NCBI GenBank assembly: GCA_934591705.1
Contig: CAKTPM010000005.1
Coordinates: 972-64,971 of the forward strand
Source of the DNA: an uncultured Oscillospiraceae bacterium
GTDB lineage: Bacteria > Bacillota > Clostridia > Oscillospirales > Oscillospiraceae
DNA: 64,000 nt
Direction of reading: 5' to 3'
In this document: positions 11,101-18,294 of the stretch, in pieces
Layout of the letters: each line of letters opens with the position of its first letter
Position numbering within the stretch: position 1 is the stretch's first letter
Made by a program: the position numbers and the translations under genes
Notes under the pieces: model-generated
What the model saw: only the letters and a program-made list of their open reading frames with translations
Databases searched by the model: none
What the model was told of the DNA's origin: nothing

Positions 11101-12686
11101 GTATAGCCCTCGCCGGGAACCAGCAGGAAGACATCCTGGGTCCCGCCGGCAGAGGCGGGGCCGATCTCGGCCCCGGCGCTGTTGAAGACATGCACCTTGA
11201 CATCCGCAGCATGCTGCACGGTGACGGAGACAGCCGCCGTCTTTTCCACCGTCAGCGTATAGCGCCTGCTCTGCCCGGCATGAGCCACCTGCACCTCAAG
11301 AGCCGTCTCCGGCTCCGTAAGGGCGACGGTCATCCCCTCGCCGCTCCGGAGCGGCTCGCCGTTGACGGAAACGGCATATGCCTCATCAAAGGCAGTGGGC
11401 GTAAGGGTGATTTCATCTGCTGTCACCCGGCAGGTATAGTGCTCCCCCTCCGGCGTAAAGCCGAAATTCTGGGGGATCCCTTGGACGCTGAGCGCCAGGG
11501 CGCTGAGGGTGGGGACCCGCAGGATCTCCATGCGGTACTGCTGATAGGCCGTGTAGCCCTCCTTGGCGTACCGCGCCTCGATCACGGCGGTGCCGCCCCG
11601 GGAGGAGGCATCTAAAAAGTCCTTCAGAACGGCGTTGATGCTTGCCCAGGGGGCTCCGACCTTTTCGATCTCCGCCCCCGCCGTGTTCCGATAGAGCCCC
11701 GCCCAAGACACGGAGTCTGTGTTATAGCTGCCGCCGGTCTTAGGCAGATCTCTGCCGGCAGGGCAATAGATGTAGGCGCTTTTCACCGCGTCCGGCACAT
11801 AGTAGATGCTGCTGTTGTCCGTCCCCTCCGCAGAGGGATAGGCGTCCCCCTCCAGCTTGCCGGAGGTGCGGTGGAGAATGGGCGCTGCCAGCCATTGGGC
11901 GTCCGCCGGGAGCTTCACGGCGGATACCGTCTTGCCCTCCATTTGGACAGCCCCATCGGCCAGCACGGTCATGGTACCCCGGGCGCCGTTGAAGCCGGCG
12001 GTCACCTGAAAATCATAGCGGCCCTCCGCCAATTGGAGCTTCTCTCCGGCGGCGAAGGTAAAACCGGTGCCGTAGGCATTTTTCGCCGCAAAGGCATAGT
12101 CCGTCAGGGGACTGCCGCTCAGGTCGGTGACCGTAAGGCGCAGCGTCTTTTTCTCCGCGTCCAGAACGGCCTGATAGGCCTCCATTTTCTCCTTCAGAGC
12201 CGTGGCCGCGGCATCGTGGGCCTCCGCCGTCAGCAGCGCCGCCTCCGCGGCGGCATACTCCCCGGCGGCGTAGTTTCTCACCGGCTCCTGGGCCTCGGCA
12301 TAGTCCGCCATGGCGCACACCAGCCGGCAGTAGGCCCCGGGATCCTCGGCAGAGAGCTCGGTGAATACGAAGCAGGCGGTGTCAGCGGCGGGAGCGTTCA
12401 GATCGTAGCCGCCCCGGTCGTCAAAGCGGTTATAGTTCCCAGAAACGCCGTCGATCTCGGTGATAAAGCCGTCAACGGCCCCTGTAAAGGTATGTCCCTG
12501 CATCCCGCTGAGGACCTGCCAGACGGTTTCACCGGCGGCAGCGTTCACATACTGCGGGGCGATGACCACCCTTTCACCTGTGACGGCGGCCACCGCCAGG
12601 CGGCTCTCCTCCTCCGCCAGGGCGGCGGGAATGCCCTCCAGGAGCATGAACAGCGCCAGCAGAAGGGCGGTGATCCTCTTTTTCAT
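8157..12686 (-). CDS. Giant (~1510 aa) secreted multidomain protein: N-terminal DUF4430-like module, cadherin-like beta-sandwich repeats, PQQ-type beta-propeller, C-terminal type-I dockerin.
   Basis: Start MKKRITALLLALFMLLEGIPAALA after RBS GAAGGGAGGAAG. N-terminus VWQVLSGMQGHTFTGAVDGFITEIDGVSGNYNRF. Repeated RRYTLTVEK / QDYILTLHK / RTYTLTLHKK motifs. Propeller-type repeats (YFTSKGGYFYSV, WTYTSPGGFYWAGAYV, IGTDDGTGG). Dockerin DLNGDGAVDIFDLQCLYTYL...DYNRDGQVDILDYQALYEAV. Confidence 0.75.
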   Translation of the reverse strand: MKKRITALLLALFMLLEGIPAALAEEESRLAVAAVTGERVVIAPQYVNAAAGETVWQVLSGMQGHTFTGAVDGFITEIDGVSGNYNRFDDRGGYDLNAPAADTACFVFTELSAEDPGAYCRLVCAMADYAEAQEPVRNYAAGEYAAAEAALLTAEAHDAAATALKEKMEAYQAVLDAEKKTLRLTVTDLSGSPLTDYAFAAKNAYGTGFTFAAGEKLQLAEGRYDFQVTAGFNGARGTMTVLADGAVQMEGKTVSAVKLPADAQWLAAPILHRTSGKLEGDAYPSAEGTDNSSIYYVPDAVKSAYIYCPAGRDLPKTGGSYNTDSVSWAGLYRNTAGAEIEKVGAPWASINAVLKDFLDASSRGGTAVIEARYAKEGYTAYQQYRMEILRVPTLSALALSVQGIPQNFGFTPEGEHYTCRVTADEITLTPTAFDEAYAVSVNGEPLRSGEGMTVALTEPETALEVQVAHAGQSRRYTLTVEKTAAVSVTVQHAADVKVHVFNSAGAEIGPASAGGTQDVFLLVPGEGYTYVTDREIYYHAKGSFTAEAGLTLAAAAPQTEDALDGLWLAASSMPVAKNKSVLLQVPKAPAHSHTVSVTDASSSLYIWVQNAGCTFTALETGYTVNQKETGSTGQFLRSFLRTGDETQTLTLRATKNGGGEVEQYQDYILTLHKTLTLKDTNGLRLTAEGIDTPLSYKNTAGEEVTGFDRDITDYRATLPRSTEEAVLTLEPYGENYYVYVNGRRYAPPADEQGTAGSFTVRVPLDTEKDQEVISITPGSERVPAGAQRRTYTLTLHKKAAVETLFTVRDPSGQPLADALVCVYDNRTGKRVWPREDGRYLLVDTLLYTYVVTCPGYVGQSRVFTAGKAASALRLTMTAAPESRCGEGITSSWDSFRGNNAANGVIEHKTPITAQSAYLSWASKLGKGFDTAAVGCPILITEDGYDYLIVYSGKKLFKLDAVSGVTVAEGEMDHNSSFAINSATFAQGMLFVGLADGGVQAFDAATLKSLWLYQDALGGQPNCPITYWDGCIYTGFWNKEDREANLVCLSITDEDPASEKESKLPRWTYTSPGGFYWAGAYVCEDYLLIGTDDGTGGCTSETAALLCIDPATGKLMDSIKNLRGDIRSNISYADGRFYFTSKGGYFYSVAAPQKQGDIWRLDKDSLRAVALENGGTPSQPAMSTCTPVVYKDRAYIGVSGTGQFTQYSGHSITVIDLKTWQIAYSVPTQGYPQTSGLLTTAYSEGDGAVYVYFFDNFTPGKLRVLKDTPGQTKPVLTTQESFIDKDKTTVYQTPYVLFTPADAQAQYAICSPIADSFGTIYFKNDSAHLMALASSIVSMEVTRQPDKTAYVAGEYFDPTGMEITLTYENGLSRTLPAERTVNGKKIAYFTWPREPLRREDEGELLLHFAYSLYQDGEDGVGTQVTSVPALLSIRVEPAGLGDLNGDGAVDIFDLQCLYTYLSTGAIEGDYSGRETAYREAADYNRDGQVDILDYQALYEAVKRAGGGRSQ

Positions 12687-12702
12687 GCTTCTTCCTCCCT
12701 TC

Positions 12703-15036
12703 TCAGTACAGGCAGCAGATCCAGCGCCGATAAAACCGCTGCCAGGGGCTCCACCGGCTCTTACACACCGCAAGAGCCGTCTCGGTCTGCTCTCTCATGC
12801 GTTGGCGCTCTGCCGGGGACACATCCTCATTGCTGTAAAGTGCTTTTGCATTACAGGTAATGATATCTCTTATATTCATCGTTTCCCCTGCCCAGTCCTG
12901 CAGGGCATTCTCCAGCTGGGTAAGGGGCACATTTCGCCAGGGAACGCCGCAAAGGCGGGCCAGGCAGACCACATAGGCGCACATGGCCGCCGCCGCGGCA
13001 TTGGCATCCGGCTGGGTAAAGCGCCTGCTCCTCCTGCGGCAGATGACGCCGCGGCGTATGCAAAGGGCTCCTACGGCACCGGCCAGAAGGATGAGCAGCA
13101 CATAGAGCCAGTCCCTGGGACCCAAATGCAGACGGCTGAAGTAGTCATAGAGGCCCTCCACGAGCTCCTGGAGGTGTACTCCCGACTCCGGGGTCTCCTC
13201 CTCTACCTCATTCTGCCGCTGGGTCTGGGAGAGGGTGCCCTGGCCGTTCTCGGCGGCCGAGCCGCTCAAGAGGGCGTTTTCATCCTCCTCGAACCACAGC
13301 CACTGGGGCTGGGGCATCACATCATAATAGGCGGGCGCGGCCTCGAAGGGCACCCAGCCCACACCGTCCTCATAGTATTCCGCCCAGGCATGGGCATCCT
13401 GCCCGGTAAGGGTCAGGGTGGTCTCCCCGGTGCTGCCCGCTATGGCGGCGGGGGTGACGAGATAGCCCTCCACATAGCGGGCGGGGATGCCGAAATACCG
13501 CAGCATCACCGCCGCCGCGGTGGCGTAGTGGACATCGCAGCCCTGGGCCCCCTCCTGCAAAAGCGCCAGGACGGGGTCCTCCCCCCCGGAGAGGGCCGCG
13601 GGGGTGTCGCTATATTCCACGGCGGTCTCTAAAAACGCCGTGATGCGCCGCTTGGCCTCATAGGAGGTGATGGTCTGGGGGGCCTCCCCCAGCGCCTCCG
13701 AAAGAGCCGTTTGTATCCGGGTGGGAATGGCCAGATAGTTCTCATAGACAAACGCCCGGTAGGTATCCTCAAAGCTCAGATAGTCCTCCAGCCCCTCCTC
13801 CTGCCAGCGCTCATTGAGTCCGGCCAGCAGGGCGTAGGCCTCGGCGGTGAGGTTTTCCGACACGGTATAGGAGCAGTGCTTTTCCCCGAAAAGCCCCCGG
13901 GCAGCGGGCAGGGTATCCCGCAGCTGCGCCGGATCCGCCGCCGGGCTCTCCGGCGTCAGCTCATAGGGGGTGATGCGTCCGGCGCGGCAGGCACCCAGCA
14001 GGCGTACATCCACTGTAAGGGTGTCCTTTCCCTGCCCCAGCAGCTCGGAGAGAGCCGCCAGCTGAGAGAAGCCGTTATATCCCCGCAGGTGCCAGGCATA
14101 GAGGGACGCATGGTCCGCCGTCATGTCCCGGGCCTCGGCATCGGCCCACCCGGCGGAGGTGTAGCGCTGCCCCACAAAGCTGCGGAGATAGAGCGGCGTC
14201 GGCTCCGAGAGGGTCACCTCCAGCATGGGGGTCTCAGCATCTCTCTCCGGCAGACGGGTCAGGTCTCCCTCCGGCAGCGCCTGCCGGGCGGGCTCGTAGC
14301 GCAGGGCGTGCACCGCCCGGTGCAGGGCGTTGGCCGCTCTCTGCGTGTCCACGCTCACCCTTTGGGAAAGGGTCAGGCCCACCGCCGTGATAAGCGCCGC
14401 CAGGACGATCAGCAGTGCCAGGGCCGCGGGCTGTGCAGGCACCGGTCCCTCCTGGGCGCGCTCCTCTGTGAAGAGCAGCACGCTGCAGCCCAAAAGCAGC
14501 AGGATCAGCCAGCCGCTTCCGACGCTCCAGCGGAGGGAAAAGATGACCGCCGCCGCAAAAACTGCCCAGCTCGCCCGGGGCCGCAGCGCCGCTAAGGCGC
14601 CGAGGCAAAGCCCCAAGACCCCGCAGGCCGGCAGCTGTGCCCACAGCAGGGACACTGCCTCGCAGGCGTAAGGGGAATAGTCCAGGGCGTCGATATCCCG
14701 CCGCCAGGCGCAGAATTGATTGGCCAGCTGCAAAAAGCCGTTTGCCGCCCCATGGGAGAAAATCCCGCAGAAGCAGATGACCGCCAGGAGAAGTCCCATC
14801 GGCAGCCAGAGCAGCCGGTCCCGCCGGGCGGAAAAGAGCGCCGCTGCCGCCGCGGCCAGGGCCCCGACGCAGAGGGACGCGGGGCTTCCCAGTGGAAAGC
14901 CATCGGCCAGCAGGCCCACGGTGCCGCCGAAAAGCAGCAGTGCGCCCAGCACCCGCAGAAGGGCGCCGGGAGACAGCACGCTGCGCGCTATTGGTTTTTC
15001 CGGGGCTGCTGTGAACCCTCCGGCGGTTTTTTTCAT
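12703..15036 (-). CDS. Transglutaminase-like domain membrane protein (TgpA-like partner of DUF58/MoxR).
   Basis: Multiple N-terminal TM segments. Transglutaminase core GQCDVHYATAAAVMLRYFGIPARYVEGY. RBS GGAGTAAGAGGA before the ATG. Confidence 0.8.
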   Translation of the reverse strand: MKKTAGGFTAAPEKPIARSVLSPGALLRVLGALLLFGGTVGLLADGFPLGSPASLCVGALAAAAAALFSARRDRLLWLPMGLLLAVICFCGIFSHGAANGFLQLANQFCAWRRDIDALDYSPYACEAVSLLWAQLPACGVLGLCLGALAALRPRASWAVFAAAVIFSLRWSVGSGWLILLLLGCSVLLFTEERAQEGPVPAQPAALALLIVLAALITAVGLTLSQRVSVDTQRAANALHRAVHALRYEPARQALPEGDLTRLPERDAETPMLEVTLSEPTPLYLRSFVGQRYTSAGWADAEARDMTADHASLYAWHLRGYNGFSQLAALSELLGQGKDTLTVDVRLLGACRAGRITPYELTPESPAADPAQLRDTLPAARGLFGEKHCSYTVSENLTAEAYALLAGLNERWQEEGLEDYLSFEDTYRAFVYENYLAIPTRIQTALSEALGEAPQTITSYEAKRRITAFLETAVEYSDTPAALSGGEDPVLALLQEGAQGCDVHYATAAAVMLRYFGIPARYVEGYLVTPAAIAGSTGETTLTLTGQDAHAWAEYYEDGVGWVPFEAAPAYYDVMPQPQWLWFEEDENALLSGSAAENGQGTLSQTQRQNEVEEETPESGVHLQELVEGLYDYFSRLHLGPRDWLYVLLILLAGAVGALCIRRGVICRRRSRRFTQPDANAAAAAMCAYVVCLARLCGVPWRNVPLTQLENALQDWAGETMNIRDIITCNAKALYSNEDVSPAERQRMREQTETALAVCKSRWSPWQRFYRRWICCLY

Positions 15037-15054
15037 TCCTCTTACTCCTGCCTG

Positions 15055-16197
15055 TCAGCAAAGATCGATTTCCGCCAGCATCCCGGCGTAATGGGTCTCA
15101 TCAAAGCTGTATACGCGGCCCGCTCCGCTCTCCCCGCCGCCGCACAATAGGGACACTAAGTTCTCCTCCGGGCACAGCGCCGCCGGGGGCGGCGCCTCGG
15201 CCAGGCCCACAAAGATGACCTTGGTGTTGTTTTCCAGCCCATAGAGCCGGCGGTACATTTCCGCTGCCGTTTCCCCGCCGCAGGACGGCGAGGCGCTCAG
15301 AAGCTGCGGCAGCAGCTCATAGAATTCTTCCTTTTCCCGGGCCTCGAAGGTCACGAGCTCCCCTGCCCCGCGATCCCAGGCGGCACGGCAGCTGACCCCC
15401 TGCTCCAAAAGCTCCCGGCACAGGGTGGCCATCACCTCGGCCATGGCATCGCTCTGCCGGGGCGTGGGGCTGCCGCCCCGCTCCCAGAGGATCAGCACCG
15501 CCTGCTCCAGAGGCAGAGCCGGGTCGCGGACAATGAGCTTGTCCATTTTGGAGGACAGCTTCCAGTGGATCTGCCGGAGCCCGTCGCCCGGGACATATTC
15601 CCGGATCTGATAGGGCTCGGAGTAGTCATAGCCGGGCCGATCCGGGGCATAGCGGTCGCTTTCCCGGGAAATACCGCTGCGCTGGGGCAGCAGCAGCTCC
15701 ATGGGAAAAAGCGCCGGCTGCACGGCCAGCTGCAGACTGCAGGCCGCCTTTACCGGAAGGCGGCAGATGCCTAAGGGGTCGCAGACCTCCAGGCGCAGCA
15801 GCTGGATCGTGAATAGGCCGCACTGGGCGCTCTCCAGCGCCAGCACCGCCTCTCCCCGGCCCCTGGGCGGGAGGGAGAGAACAGCGGTGCAGTCCGCCGT
15901 CTCGCCGGTAAGCCCGTTCTCCAGCCGGCAGCAGCAGCGCACCCGGGGCAGCGGCAGGAGGGATGTATTTTCCCCCCGGAGCAGGATGACCGCCTTTTTC
16001 CCCTTCTCCGCCGCCCGGGGCAGCCGGATGTCCAGCTCCACCGCTCTGCGGGCCGGCAGGGTCAGCAGGATGCCCAGAAGCGGCACCAGCACCGTAAGGA
16101 GCGCCAGCGCCAGCGTCCATCCTCCGGGGGCGGTGACCCACAGGGCCGCTGCTGATAGGATGGTCAATAGCCAGCCGGCGGCTGCAGGGACGCTCAC
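15055..16197 (-). CDS. DUF58 family protein (von Willebrand-type partner of MoxR). GTG start overlapping the MoxR stop (GTGA).
   Basis: DUF58 motif YQIREYVPGDGLRQIHWKLSSKMDKLIVRDP. No in-frame ATG for about 200 codons after the MoxR stop; the GTG sits immediately at the stop. Confidence 0.75.
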   Translation of the reverse strand: MSVPAAAGWLLTILSAAALWVTAPGGWTLALALLTVLVPLLGILLTLPARRAVELDIRLPRAAEKGKKAVILLRGENTSLLPLPRVRCCCRLENGLTGETADCTAVLSLPPRGRGEAVLALESAQCGLFTIQLLRLEVCDPLGICRLPVKAACSLQLAVQPALFPMELLLPQRSGISRESDRYAPDRPGYDYSEPYQIREYVPGDGLRQIHWKLSSKMDKLIVRDPALPLEQAVLILWERGGSPTPRQSDAMAEVMATLCRELLEQGVSCRAAWDRGAGELVTFEAREKEEFYELLPQLLSASPSCGGETAAEMYRRLYGLENNTKVIFVGLAEAPPPAALCPEENLVSLLCGGGESGAGRVYSFDETHYAGMLAEIDLC

Positions 16198-17132
16198 AGC
16201 GCCGCCACCTGGGGGACCGCCACCTGCTCCCGGATGCGGTAGGTGATCTCCTCCGCCGTGAGCTTGCCCAGCCGGGCCTTGGCGCTGAGCACCAGGCGGT
16301 GGGCGCATACGGCGTCAAACACCTCGTAGACATCCTCCGGCGTCACAAAATCCCGGTCCCGGACAAAACCGTGGGCCTTCGCCATCCGGCACAGGGCCAG
16401 AGCCCCCCGGGGGCTGATGCCCAGGTCAATATATTCGTTGCTGCGTGTGGCGCTCACCAGCTCCACGATGTAGTCATAGATGCTCTCGGCGATATGTACC
16501 TGCCTGGCCTGCTCCGTCAGCTGCAGGAGCTCCTCTTTGGTCACCACGCCCTCCAGACGATCCAGCGGGTTTTCATGGTGGCGCTCCCGGAGGATCTCCA
16601 GCTGGCTCTGCCGGTCCGGATATCCCATGGTGGTGCGGATCATGAAGCGGTCCAGCTGGGAGGAGGGCAGCAGCTGCGTGCCCGCCGAGCCCACGGGGTT
16701 TTGCGTGGCCAGCACCACAAAGGGCTCCGGCAGCGGATAGGTTTGGCCGTCCACCGTGACCTGGTATTCCTCCATGGCCTCCAGCAGAGCCGACTGGGTC
16801 TTGCTGGAGGTGCGGTTGATCTCGTCGGCCAGGAGCAGATTGGTCATCACCGCGCCGCTTTTGAAGTCAAAGGCGCCGGTGGCCTTGTTGTAAACGGAAA
16901 AGCCGATAATGTCAGAGGGCATGGTGTCGGAGGTGAACTGCACCCGGCGGCTGTCCAGCCCCAGGGTCCTGGCAAAGGCCAGGGCCATGGTGGTCTTGCC
17001 CACGCCGGGAACATCCTCCAGGAGCACATGGCCCTGGGCCAGCACCGCCATGAGGACCTTTTCCGTTACCTCTTCCTTACCGATGACCACGGAGTTGACC
17101 TGCTGCAGGATCCTTCCGGTAGTCTCATTCAT
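16194..17132 (-). CDS. MoxR-family AAA+ ATPase.
   Basis: Walker A GVGKTT, Walker B LLADEINR, and overall MoxR pattern (VIGKEEVTEKVLMAVLAQGHVLLEDVPGVGKTTMALAFA...ILATQNP). Confidence 0.85.
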   Translation of the reverse strand: MNETTGRILQQVNSVVIGKEEVTEKVLMAVLAQGHVLLEDVPGVGKTTMALAFARTLGLDSRRVQFTSDTMPSDIIGFSVYNKATGAFDFKSGAVMTNLLLADEINRTSSKTQSALLEAMEEYQVTVDGQTYPLPEPFVVLATQNPVGSAGTQLLPSSQLDRFMIRTTMGYPDRQSQLEILRERHHENPLDRLEGVVTKEELLQLTEQARQVHIAESIYDYIVELVSATRSNEYIDLGISPRGALALCRMAKAHGFVRDRDFVTPEDVYEVFDAVCAHRLVLSAKARLGKLTAEEITYRIREQVAVPQVAAL

Positions 17133-18294
17133 GGACATCACTTCCTTTTTTCTTTCTCACGGCAAGCACGCCGCAGGTCCCTGCCGCCAGCAGGACGGCG
17201 GGGAGGATATAGACAGCCGCTCCGGGCCTTTTATCGGCGGCCGGGACCGCCTCCGCCGCTTGCTGCGTCCACTGGGGCGGCTTGGCGGCGTCCTTCATCT
17301 GAAAAAAACTGTCTTCACCGATCCGGAGGCGCCGCAGGGCCTCCAGGGCCTGCATCGCCTGCTCCGTGGCCATGGGGTCGGCGGTGTCGGTATGGGCAAA
17401 GCTGCCGTCCTCCGTGCGGAAGCGCAGCAGCGCCGCTACCGGGTCGCCGCCGGGCTTTATAAATCGTGCCTCCCGCTCCGGGTCAAGACCCAGGGCGCAA
17501 AGCGCCAGGATCACCTGGGCACTGCTCTCGGCGCTCTCCGCCCCCCAGGAGCTGAAGCCGCCGTTTTCCAGCTGCAGCGCTGAGAGGGCCGTCAAACCTC
17601 GGTCGATGGCCTCCCCATACTGATCGGCATAGGGGGCCAGGGCCTGCAGGGCCATGGCGGTGATGTCCGCGTCCGCCGGGCCGCCATCCAGGGAAAAGCC
17701 GCCGTCCGCCGCCTGGGCGGCGAGGATGGCCCCGAGCATATCCTCCCGGGTATAGACCGCACTCTCCCCGGCGGCATAGCCGCCGGAATCCACAGTCAAA
17801 AGGGCGTATATCCAGCCATTGAGTCCCTGGGCGCCGGGGCCGCCCTCCACCACGCAGTTATAGCAGCCGTCGGCAATAAGGTCGATGGGAGTGCCGTCGG
17901 AGTGCGTGCCGAAGGCGGATGCATCCCCGCCCAGGGCCGTGACAGCCAGGGCGATGCGGTGCCACTCCGTGGCCTTATAAAGGGAAAGACCTTCCCCGGC
18001 ATAAGCGCTCTCCACATAGCGCCGCAGAGCCACCAGATAGGTATCATAATCCTCGGGGATGCCGCTGCGGGCCATGGCGATAGCAAACCAATCCGCCACT
18101 GCCGAGTCCCCTGCCGGCAGGACCTCCTGCCGGGAGAGGAGGGCGCCGCCCTGGGCGTACCGGGCGCGCTGCGCCTCCGCCGCCTGCAGGATCAGTGCCG
18201 CGGGGTCCTCCTGCGGCGCCGCCCCCCGGGCCGATCCCGGCATAAGGCAGGCACACAGAAGCAGCAGCGCCAGCACTTTCAGATATTTTTTCAT
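17125..18294 (-). CDS. Secreted prenyltransferase/squalene-oxidase-repeat (alpha/alpha-toroid) protein with a C-terminal TM anchor. Transcobalamin alpha-domain-like candidate.
   Basis: Signal peptide MKKYLKVLALLLLCACLMPGSARG. Repeats DGGFSLDGGPADADITAMALQAL / ENGGFSSWGAESAESSAQVILALCALG / EDGSFAHTDTADPMATEQAMQAL. C-terminal hydrophobic stretch AVYILPAVLLAAGTCGVLAV then KKK. ATG overlaps the upstream stop (ATGA). Confidence 0.65.
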   Translation of the reverse strand: MKKYLKVLALLLLCACLMPGSARGAAPQEDPAALILQAAEAQRARYAQGGALLSRQEVLPAGDSAVADWFAIAMARSGIPEDYDTYLVALRRYVESAYAGEGLSLYKATEWHRIALAVTALGGDASAFGTHSDGTPIDLIADGCYNCVVEGGPGAQGLNGWIYALLTVDSGGYAAGESAVYTREDMLGAILAAQAADGGFSLDGGPADADITAMALQALAPYADQYGEAIDRGLTALSALQLENGGFSSWGAESAESSAQVILALCALGLDPEREARFIKPGGDPVAALLRFRTEDGSFAHTDTADPMATEQAMQALEALRRLRIGEDSFFQMKDAAKPPQWTQQAAEAVPAADKRPGAAVYILPAVLLAAGTCGVLAVRKKKGSDVHE

